From the NCBI GenBank assembly GCA_028023455.1, contig JAQFVV010000001.1:2914001-2978000 (forward strand): DNA of 64,000 bases. The letters run 5' to 3'. The position numbers and the translations under genes are program-made. Shown here in pieces: positions 15,049 through 26,005 of the stretch. The notes under the pieces were generated by a model. The model was not told the origin of the DNA. It searched no databases and worked only from the letters and a program-made list of their open reading frames with translations. Numbering within the stretch: position 1 is the stretch's first letter; each line of letters opens with the position of its first letter. The DNA comes from Epiperipatus broadwayi (Eukaryota > Animalia > Onychophora).

Positions 15049-15051
<3 letters not shown>
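11634..15051. mobile_element. Solo-LTR-like 3.4 kb block inserted in (TA)n
   Basis: Begins TGTAACC, ends GGTTACA, (TA)n on both sides (ATAT each side), more CpG than the flanks, no long ORF. Confidence 0.5.
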
Positions 15052-15096
<45 letters not shown>

Positions 15097-17915
15097 ACAG
15101 TAATAATTGAAGTTATAAAATTTGTAGCCATAGTTAAAGATTGGAAACCAATTGTCAATTGAAAAGACTTTAAATAGAATTGTTGATAACTATGATATAA
15201 AGAGTTTGAATAAATTAGTTGATAATTGTTGTCTAGTTGTATTACCTAAGAGATTAGCCAACAGATTTTTTTAAAATCAGTTGTGATTTCATTCGATAAT
15301 AATGTATAAAGGTTTTTATATGTGATGGTTTTAAAAAACTCGCATATCCATATCCTGCAATTCTGTTATTAAAAATTTAGAATAAATATATTTAACATAT
15401 ATAACAAGTTATTTATTTCTAATAAATCAAATATGTTTTAGCCAAGGAATAGATTATATTAAGAAAAGTAAAAATACAAGAACTGCATTTAAAATAATGA
15501 TTAATACTGATGAGATATATATAAAAAGAAGTAAAGTTAGTTACTTTAGTAGTCTAGAAAATGTATTTGTTATAATAAACTTAATTTTTAGATATTTTGA
15601 AAGGATATAGATCTAATGGAGAGATGATTACTGGAATATTTTTGTATTAATAAGAAATTATTTGAAATTAGAGGTGTTCATATTTGTGTTAATGGCAATC
15701 TGATTGGTCATTTAAAAAAATGGTGTGGGTATAAAATAAAACTATTTCAATAAAGTTAGTTGGAAAGAACAAAACTTGAAGAGTCGTAGTTGAGTAGAAG
15801 TAATTGGTTATTGAGTACTTAATAAATAAAACAGAAAGTTATAATGATTTCAGTCAGTAAGTTAACTACTAATAAAGGCAAGTGATTTTTTTGTAACTTG
15901 CAGAAGTCGAATGTAAAAGATAGTTTGAATGTGACTATATATCAAGGATGTCCAAGACATTGACCGCAGTCAACCAGTCGACCACATAATTTATTTTTTT
16001 TGTAAAATTTGTATCTAATTTATTTTAATATCATTCTAAAACAATAACTTTCTTTTTTTTTCTTGAATTTTCTTTAAAATTCAGGACCAGCTTTAGAAAA
16101 TAATTATTTATAGGTAATTTAAAATTATAATTTAATAAATATTTTATAAAGTGACATGGACAAATTATAATACTAGAGCTGAGATAATTTTACCTTTTGT
16201 CTGATGAATTTTTTTATTGACCAGATTAAGTAAAAATTTGAGTGATTTTCTTTATTAAATACAGATCTAGCCAGTTTCTTTTCTGAAATATATTAATGTA
16301 CATAAATCAGAATTGTTTTAATTTAGCTTTTAAAAATTGAATTATTTTACATTCTAATTGGTTAAATGTAACGAAAATTGTAAAATTATGTTAATAACTA
16401 AAGAAAAACATATGAAAAATAGCATGCAGTAAAAAAGGAATTATATTTCAACCAATCATTATGTGAAAATGCTTGTGATTTCTTGTCTTAGAAATTACGA
16501 TAGCTGATTATTCACTTCTATTGTCTTTGCTTTATCTAAATTAAATATTTTAAATAAAAATCTAAATCTAGCCACATTATTAGTAATCATAAAATCCATA
16601 AATATTCCTGAAAAATAATTACATTTTTCTAGCTATCACTGAATGTTATTGATATACAAATAGTGATTAACATTATTCATCTGTCTTGAATGGCGGTCCA
16701 GTGCTATTCACTTTTTCTTGATTATTCTTCTTGTAAAATTTAAAATTTTTTGAATCAAAGTATATTTAGATAAATTAATATAAAACTTAATTATGAATGT
16801 AAAAAATTATGAGAAGTATAGTTATTTACGTTCAAAATCTATTACAAAATCATAAAACATTTTGTTTTTATTTCTGACTTTGACAGTTAGAAATGCCTGG
16901 AGAATAATAGCCAGAGTTTACAGTCAGTGCATTATGCACTTTATAAGGGAAAAGAGGTGAGATTATATACAATAGACTGCAAACAGAAATTGATTTTTTG
17001 TGTGAAATACTGCCAATAGCAGATTTTTTTGGAATTAAAATTTAAATACCAATAAAGCTATGAATTTATGATAAAATAAGCAAATAGTGAAAATGCAAAC
17101 AAAAATGGCCAATAGATGGCACAAAAATTTTCTCGTTTCCAGTTTGAAGTCCTGAAAAAAAAACATAGTCACCTTCAGATATACTTTCACCAAAAAAGTC
17201 AACTCCAACATCTAAAAGTTTGGTCACCCCTGCCATATATGAAATTAAAAATTTGATCAATTTGGAAAAGAAAAGAAAATAGATTAGAGGCTTAAAAAAT
17301 GAAAAAGATAAGTTGTATTGTTTATTCACAATACTACAAAGAACAATAGAATTGATTAATGTAAAGAATGTATTAAAAAGATGCTGTATAAGTGAAAAGA
17401 AAAGATAAAGAGGATAGTAAAAGTGATGTTTATTTTGAAGACATAGTGACTAGGGAAATAAAAACATAAATAGGCTTAAAAAAAGTAGTCTGAGATAGAA
17501 TGTTATATAGCCAAAAAATTAATAATTTTGCACAATTCTTCTAATTTTGTATACATTCTCTCTAATTTTGATATTACAATAATAAATATGTTTCTATATA
17601 ATTAAAAAACTGTGCTTGTAATACTCTTCTGATTTAATCAGAGAATTTAATATTTATATAATATTATACCACAGAATCTTTGGCTGAATTAGATTCTAAA
17701 GCACTTATATTGTGGTTAATTTTAATGAATAATTAATAATAGTATTATTTTAGTAATGCATATTTATGTGTAACTATCATAAATAATAAAAACTGCCTTT
17801 AATAACTGATGGATAACTTTAAAGAATTTATTTAATATTCATTTTATAAGAAATACTACAAATTTCTGTCATTTTCCCTAATAATCATCAATAAAAATAC
17901 ATTATATATATATAT

Positions 17916-18230
17916 GTCAACAGATGGTGTTCTACCAAAAACACCTTCAAGCGTATTTCATTTAAATAAACATCAGAGAATGCATTCACTATCTCTAACT
18001 TTAATTCCACTTTCAGATCATGATTTCAAGCTATTTGCTATCGTCAGTGAAAGACAGGAATAAGAACTAGATCTAAACACAAACTCTGAGCGTTTATGAA
18101 ACAGTTTCTATTCAGCTTGCAAGCATGAATTTTTTAGACACGTTAATGTCTTCGAACTCAGCATAGCAAGCCAGATAGCTACATGGGTCTGATATCAGTT
18201 CAGCATCACCACATAGTAGAAGCCTCTGCA
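17916..18230 (-). mobile_element. Family I short hammerhead-bearing repeat between TA runs
   Basis: About 315-bp CpG-retaining block bounded by TA-rich runs, containing the 18010-18053 hammerhead. Boundaries approximate. Confidence 0.5.
18010..18053 (-). ncRNA. Minimal type I hammerhead ribozyme, near-intact
   Basis: Minus strand: CTTTCA CTGACGA TAGC-AAATA-GCTT GAAA TCATGA TC TGAAAG. 6-bp stem I, intact core, palindromic helix III ATCATGAT, AUC site. Confidence 0.85.
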
Positions 18231-20800
18231 ATATATATTTTGTTTTTCATATATATATATAAAGAATTAGAGAGAACTATTTAATGAAGCTCACTCAATA
18301 CACAGTTCTAAATTTCAGATGATTAAAATTATTTAAGAGTGTAGCAAACAGTAGTAATTTACTCTCAATAATGCTCAGTAATATTGGACTTGATAGTAAG
18401 GTTATTTTGTTTGCCAATTTAATAATTTTCCATCATGCAATATATAAGCTTTATAATTTATGAAATCATAGAGCTTTGTCTTATATTTATTATATGTGTT
18501 AATATGTAGAAGGCTCAATAAAGTTTATAATGGTGTTGAGATGTTACAATAAATTTATCACGGTCATGTAAAAAATGGTAAATGGCCATTAATTATGGTC
18601 AGAATATTATTATTTGGCCAATACACTTTAATGTCTAGTTACCTCCCCTGATTTTTGATAGAGATATTTACATAAATAATAATATATTTATGATTTTATT
18701 AACATCGTTAATAAAGGCAGCAACTAAATTTATTATTACTAAATACAATGATTAATGCTCTCTGATTGCTATTTTTAATTAAAAATAATAATTAGAAGTT
18801 AAAAAGCTATTTTCAGATCTATTATATTTTGATTAATGTTTTATAATCTAAGTATGCACCAGGAAGAAAAAAATCATAAAAGTTTAAAATGAGCATTATT
18901 TGAGTTTAAACTCTCTCTGAGTCATAAAGCATAATCTTGAGTAGGTGAACCTTAAAACATGGCTTATCTGAGATTATTACTATGATTATGAAATTGTGGT
19001 CTGATAAATTATTAAAATTAATTAATGAAAATGGGTCAGATTGGTTCATTGGATGTGGCCTGAAATGGCCATGTAAGAAAGTCAATATAAAAGCAAAGCT
19101 AATTAAAATTAAATGAAAATCGGTCAAGTATAAGTGGTTTTAAATGCTTAAGGGTATGATTTTTAATTTGTTAGTAATTATTAAATATTTGATAGAATGA
19201 AAAAAAAATGAAAAATTGAAAAAAAAAAAAAACTGCTATAAAATAACTTATAAACCCAAAATGATTTTACAAAAGTATTTAAAGAAAATTTATTTTGTTT
19301 TTATATTATAAATTAATGTCTTTAATAATAATATTTAAATATGTATAGCTGTTTATAAAAAAAAAAAAAGTTAATTTTGATAGAATTAAATATTAATTGA
19401 ATATCCTGCAAAATGTCCATGCAATAAATCCCTACATGCTTATATATTATCCTAAGAAATTAACTACACAATGCAATGATGAATAATTTGTTACACAGCA
19501 ACTGCATAATCCAAACATAAATAATAAAACTTATGTTGGGCGTTCCATATTATTTATATGAGTGCAATATATATATTTAAGAATGAGGAAAAATTAACAA
19601 AAGGAAAAAAAATAACGATTTTAAATCTCACTACACACATTCTTATGATTTGAGAAAGAAGAAGCTGTGAGGAAAGTAATTGTTATTGTACTGAAATGTC
19701 AGCTATTTAGCTATTATATATTTTTAATTACATAAAAGCTCTAGGAAATAATACTATTAATATATATTAAAACTGAGCTCTAACTACTATTATCTCAGAT
19801 TTTTATGAGATATTTCCACCCATTCTTCAGTATTGTTTGCTGAAAAATTAATTCTCCATACTATAGGATACATAAAATGAACTGTTGTTAGAAACTTTGA
19901 TCAAGTAGTAGTGCTATATTCTGCTAGTAGATTGCTTATATATATTGAATTTTTAAAAAATAAAAGATTCAGCTGCATAACTTGAATTTGGGAATCCACT
20001 TGAAAAATTTGTTTTGTTTTTTTAATTTCATATTAATTTCTTTTGCTTAAGCCTTTTTTTTTTTGCAAAGAGCTTCTTGCCTATATTGATATGATAAATA
20101 CCAGTTAGTATTATCCTTTTAAAAAAGCAGTAAACAAAATAAAACAAACTTACAATCCAAATTATCAGTTAGACTTTGGTTAAACTATTACTTCTGTTTA
20201 TTTATTGAAAATTCATTTTTAAACTTCCATTTTTTAATAATGGCATAATCTTTTTTTTAGATCATTAATGGTTTCATGCAAAATGTATTACTTATTTTGC
20301 TAAATTACAAAAATTCAGATGAATACTCATTTAAAATGATATTTTAAGATACATGCAGAGATATTTATTTTCTTGAGAGATCTCTTATGAAGATATGTCA
20401 TATATTGTCATAAGTATTTCATACATCTTTAGAAATTAGTCTAATATTTGTCTAAATCTTATATCAGTCTGTCCATTTTTTTAAGTCACATGTTTAAACA
20501 TCCTTAAAAAGATAAAGTTAAAATATATATTAGTGGCCAAGGCCTTTCAGCTTTTTGACCTTTCCTCTTTGTATAGGTTTTGCTGAATCCTTATATATCT
20601 CTGGATAAGATCTATTAGTTAACAAGGCTGATCAGCACTTTCTCTGTTTATTTTTAGATTCTTGCTGAAGCAAATGTTCTATTTTGTTTAATTATTTTTA
20701 AACTTTGAAACTTATTTATTTATAAATTTACTTTGTATTACTAAATGTAAATATATTAAATTTAAGCATAAACAGATAATATTATAATAACATGAAAGCT

Positions 20801-20941
20801 AAACACCTTCAAACAGATACGCTTTAAAAATGCTTACGTGACAGCCAATCAGATGGAAGAATGGCATCACATGGGATACCATTATTCCATCTGATTGGCT
20901 GTCACGTAAGCATTTTAAAGCGTATCTGTTTGAAGGTGTTT
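20801..20941. mobile_element. Family D near-perfect hairpin MITE
   Basis: About 63-bp arms (20801-20864 / 20879-20941) around a 14-nt loop. Confidence 0.85.
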
Positions 20942-21879
20942 GTATTATTGTTTAAAAATCTTAAATAATATCCATATTATATAATGAAAATTTTAAATGA
21001 TTTTTTTTCTTTACTCTTACTGAAATAATTTTGTATTTGGTTAGAGAATAATGATTAAAGATTTAAGTAGCATTTTCACTCATCAATAGAAAGCAGTCAT
21101 AATCATGTGGTTAGTAATAAACACATTATTAGTTTGATATTGAATGAATAGTAAAAAAAAAAAGAATTTATTATTTCCATTTTTGTTGTTGTTTTATGGA
21201 CAATAGTATTATGAACTATTGACAGCAAAAAATAGTGTAAAAATTTTGACAGTTGTTAAATAGCGATTATAGATGACTTAAGAAGTGTTAAATATTAACA
21301 GTATCGTTTATGTTTTAATTTTTTATTACTATTTTAAATTAAAATTAATGATAAAATAAACAAATTATGTTATTGATAATTATTCCTTTAGCATATATGT
21401 GTCTGTATATTAAATGTTTTTAATTTTTTGCGTATTTAAGGATAAGTAGGTCATTTATTCGAAGAAAGATCAACGGACACATAATTCTTACGTTCAAGAT
21501 TTTTTACTGATATTTCAATAACCATAATTTTTTTTTGGAGCAGATAGATTGTTTTCCAAAGATGCTTTAATGATATGCTGCTATCAAAACATCAGTAAGA
21601 AATCTTGAATGCCTTGATAGTCAAAATTCTACTCATAATCTTTTTGGAATGTCTTATTGACCTTCCAGTTTTATATATATGGAAGGCCATAAAAAAATAT
21701 TTGATAATTATGTAAAAGGATAACTCAGAGCATTCTCAAATATCATGGGAAATGCAATGCTGTATGCATGTTAGTGTTTATGATGATTAATCAATATACT
21801 ATTACAATATATAAATATTGCTTTTATATGAATAAAATTTGAAATACTGGCATTCCTATACCTGGAACTTAATTGCAAA

Positions 21880-22352
21880 TATAGAGGATTTGAACTCAGA
21901 CTTTCAAGCAACCTTCGACTATCTCATACTACTGATACACATGTAGAAAAGATAAATAATCACTAATATACATATTTTGTGCTGAACCAGCACTCATCAG
22001 TTGGTCCAGATTATCATTTCTGACACATATATATAATCAGCATGGGATTTGGGCATTCTATCATCAGATTTTTAATGGTATGAATGGCTGAAGAGTTGAA
22101 GGTTGGAGTAGATTGAAGCCTGTCTATTAAAGTATAAAGATTTGCTATCTTAATATAAACTGAGCACTGATTATATATATGTGTGTGTGAGAAATGATAA
22201 TCTGGACCAACTGATGAGTGCTGGTTCAGCACAAAATATGTATATTGGTGATTATTTATCTTTTCTACATGAGTGTGGTCATGTGTATCAGTAATATGAG
22301 ATAGTGTGGATAGTTGAAGGTTGCTTGAAAGTCTGAGTTCAAATTCCCTATA
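21880..22352. mobile_element. Family A foldback element with an outward-facing hammerhead in each arm and terminal B-box-like motif
   Basis: About 150-bp inverted arms. Hammerheads at 21962-22005 (-) and 22206-22249 (+). Ends GAGTTCAAATTCCC / GGATTTGAACTC. Confidence 0.85.
22206..22249 (+). ncRNA. Minimal type I hammerhead motif, family A (G12 mutated)
   Basis: ACCAA CTGATGA GTGCTG-GTT-CAGCAC AAAA TATGTA TA TTGGT. Perfect stems I and II. GAAA reads AAAA at a CpG. Confidence 0.85.
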
Positions 22353-22597
22353 CTTACTTTTATATGAATAATAGCAATTGTGAAAAATGTATAATAAAAT
22401 TAAAACAGGTAAAGATATTTTTCAATGTTCATGTTTTTAATCATTCTAAATTAGAATATTAATATTAAAAGTTTTTAACACGGATGAACCCGCAAAATAT
22501 GTATTTTATATATTTAACCCATGCAAATCTTCATTTTAACATATATATATATATATTATAATTCAATGTCTGTATTTTTTCAAATCAATGTATGTAC

Positions 22598-23003
22598 TCT
22601 TATAATTGAATATTTATAAATACAGTAATTAGATATAGATAAAGTATAACTTTAAAAATTTTATTCACTTAGAAGCGCTTTTGATTATCCTTGTAATCTT
22701 TGTCAACTAACACTTTGAAAGACTAACCTTCCCACAATTCCATGATCTTAACATTTGCTGTCTGTTAATTAAATCTTGTTTGTATTTGTATATTAGCATA
22801 GCTTCCTACAAATACAAACAAGATGCAATTAACAGATAGGTAGCAAATGTTAAGATCATGGTATTGTGGGAAGGTTAGCCTTTCAAAGTGTTAGTTGACA
22901 AAGACTACGAGGATAGTCTAAAGCACTCCTAAGTGAATAAAATTTTTAAAGTTATACTTTACATATATCTAATTACCATATTTATAAATATTCAATTGTA
23001 AGA
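22598..23003. mobile_element. Family C foldback element, hammerhead-derived motif in each arm
   Basis: About 190-bp arms with central loop TATTAGCATAGCTTCC. Motifs at 22668-22710 (-) and 22891-22933 (+). Confidence 0.85.
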
Positions 23004-23005
23004 TT

Positions 23006-23044
<39 letters not shown>

Positions 23045-24169
23045 GTCTAATAATTAAATAGGAATTCATTATCATATTGACCTAAAGAAAATGATGTTAT
23101 ATGTGTGAATGCAATAAATTTGGCTCTTGTAGATCAAATTATATTAAATACATAAGGCTGTTGTAAAAAGATGTCTTTCTAAAGATTTGTCAGCAGAAAA
23201 ACTGTCATGATTATATAATGATTACTAAATTACTGGGTTCTTTCTATATACATTGCTTCAACATATTTATATTTAATGCAATACAATTTTCTTTCAATAA
23301 TTTACAATTATTAGTTTTATTAATAGAAGTTCTCTTATACTATACAAACTAAGAAACATTAGTTACATAAACAACACCCCTCTCAATTCTCATTATAAAA
23401 TAGGATGTTTTTTTCACAATTAATATTGTTATAATTTATATAAAACTTGTGCCTGTTCAAAAGTTAACATGTTAGCTGAAGATTTGTTTATGGTATTATA
23501 TTTATGTTCAAAATTTTAAATCAATTTTTTTTTAATGTATAACTTAATTTTCATTGAATAGAGATTTTAATGAAGATAAATTCACTGATTTTCAATATTT
23601 ATAGGCCAGTCTAATGAATAATGAATGAATTGTGGAAATTTATCTACAATAAATATTTACTTCTAATTTTTTAAAAGCATATTATTCATATCTATTTTAG
23701 ATTTTTTAAAGGTTCACATTTTAATAAATCTGTTTTAAATTTTCTTTAGGTGCATATTTCACCATTGATTGTTGTAATTGAATTATTAAGTGCTTTTTAT
23801 TATGATCTATATCAGCTTATAGTTTCTTAATTCTTTATATTCTGGAGACTCGCATAGCAGTTATTTTTTATACTAGTACCCACTAAAGATTATTATAGAA
23901 ATGAATGTTGATTAGGATTTCTATGTCCAGATCCTTAAAATGAATAATAATGAAAATAGCAGTTAATTTATCTCACTAAGAATTTTCATATTATAATACA
24001 ACATTTGATAGAAAATTGAAGACACTTTGTCATAGGCCTGAAAAAAAAAATTCAACTTAATCTATTATTAAGAGAATTAATTTGCTTAAATTATTAACTA
24101 TTAATAATTAATTTAAGGAGTTTCCATCTACAGAAATGGCAAATTTAAATATATATGTAACAAAATAAA

Positions 24170-24720
24170 TTGTGATACTGTATTTATATATTGGACTATT
24201 TCCATCATCTAATATTAAGTATTGAATGTCTTTAGAAAAACTTAACTTTATTTAAATTTTCCAATTACATTCAATTGTTAGCAATAGCATACAGGTTAGT
24301 ATATGCATATTTTTTGAGAGGTATTATTAACCTCTCTTCTTCAGGTGTTGTTGGATTGACCAGTGTCACTACTAACATGAGAATCAAATCTGGATCCTTA
24401 AATTCTTGAAAATTGAAATTTAAAGTAATGCTACCAACTGGTTCAATTGGTTAGATTAACATAAAATTCAATTTTCAAGAATTTAATGGCCTAGGTTTGA
24501 TTTCCATGCTAGTCCTGACACTGATCAACCTAGTAACATACTGAAAAAGAGAGGAGAATAATATTTTTCAAAACATTGTGCGTATACCAACATGTATGCT
24601 ATTACTAATAGTTGAATGTACTTGGAAAATTTAAATAAAGTTAAATTTTTCTACTTAATATTAAATGATGGCAATAGTTCAATATATAAATACAACTAAA
24701 ATACCATCATCACAAACATT
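24170..24720. mobile_element. Family E head-to-head dimer of tRNA-head SINE-like units
   Basis: 24190-24430 is the diverged reverse complement of 24465-24700. Back-to-back A-box-like motifs at the axis (CTACCAACTGGTTCAATTGGTTAG). Confidence 0.7.
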
Positions 24721-24797
24721 CAGGAAAAACAAAAGTCTGAGATTACTTTCATGTAATAATTAAATATACATTTAGCTATGATGTTGCTAGAAGTTAC

Positions 24798-25008
24798 TAT
24801 TGACAGTCCTAAGACTAAACTGTTTTTACTCTAGTACCCAATAATAGCTTTTCTTTCATCTTGAATTTAATTAGAAACAAAGCCTTAGGGCTGCAAATAG
24901 TTATTGATGGTTTTCTAGGAATAAACAGTTGTTATTAATTAAACTTAAAACAAAAATCTATTTTTTGAATATTAGAGCAAAAATAATTTAAGCTTAGGAC
25001 TGTCAATA
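24798..25008. mobile_element. MITE with 16-bp perfect TIR
   Basis: TATTGACAGTCCTAAG (24798-24813) and CTTAGGACTGTCAATA (24993-25008). Confidence 0.7.
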
Positions 25009-25980
25009 ATAATTGTTGGTTACTTAGTAATACCACTGCTGAGCATATCTTTACTTATTGCATGCAAATCAATATATTTTATTTTGTTTACACTGTTATA
25101 AAAATCATGAAAGTATTTAATCTAAAATATATATAATTATGGATAATTACAGTGCCTAATATATATATAGATAGGTGAAGATAACAGTACTGTAAATTAA
25201 AATATTAGTTCATATTTAAATTAATTTGCTATAAATATCTTAGCTGATTTAACATTCCGTTATATTCTGGCTGAAATTGTTCAAGATAATTCTCTATATA
25301 AAGTCTTAGAATGCAATAAGATGCAATATTCTTTTTATAGAAATTTATAAAACACTACATCTAAAGGTCAGTTCAGTTATTATTATTAATAATGTTGAAA
25401 AATCATCTCACTATTATGTATATATAAATTTGGAAGAATCTTTGATTTAATTAAACTGGGCATTAATTCTGGAAATTATTTGAATACCTACTATAGAAAA
25501 TTAAAACCAAATCTAGAGATTTTAAAAATTTCTGTTATAGATCCTCATTCATGAACTTCCTAAAAAATTAGTCAATCTAGGAATGTAAATAGACTCATTA
25601 AATTTTGTAAATATTTATTTCAAAAGAAAATTCTCTTAAAGATATTTATCATTATTATTTTCAAATAATATCATTCCACTGCAAAATGATTTTTTTTTTT
25701 CAAAGTTTATTCCAGGATTTTCAAATACTAGCTTCCATTATCTGGATTCATTCAGAAAATTTTCTTTTATCTATCCATCTTACATGTGGTTTCTTTTAGT
25801 TTTTTAAAATCTCTTGGAATTCCAAATTAGAGTTTCAGCAACATGACCAGTTTAGTTCTATTTCAGCCTCTTGATTATTTTAATAATGTTAATAAAACAC
25901 ACTGTTCTCTCATCTATCTGCTTTACTTTTAATTTTTTCTGATTAATTTTAATTTATATTTCTTTTTACTTACTTTGTAG

Positions 25981-26005
25981 TTAGTGATTTGCATGTTCTC
26001 TTACA
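25981..26005 (+). other. Candidate 25-nt exon
   Basis: Long pyrimidine tract ending TGTAG, 25 nt, then ACA|GTAAGT. Could be chance in AT-rich DNA. Confidence 0.25.

Noticed and set aside
16085-16113. 29-nt exon candidate with good splice signals
   Set aside because: Stops in all three frames; only possible as a non-coding or terminal exon, with no support.
16890-17520. 87-aa ORF 17066-17329 as a host gene
   Set aside because: No recognisable domain; the region looks like decayed retroelement sequence that I cannot assign.
20801-20941. Hammerhead in family D (also tested family H, 45205-45690)
   Set aside because: CTGATTGG is a CCAAT box, not CUGANGA; no core plus GAAA plus UH arrangement in either family.
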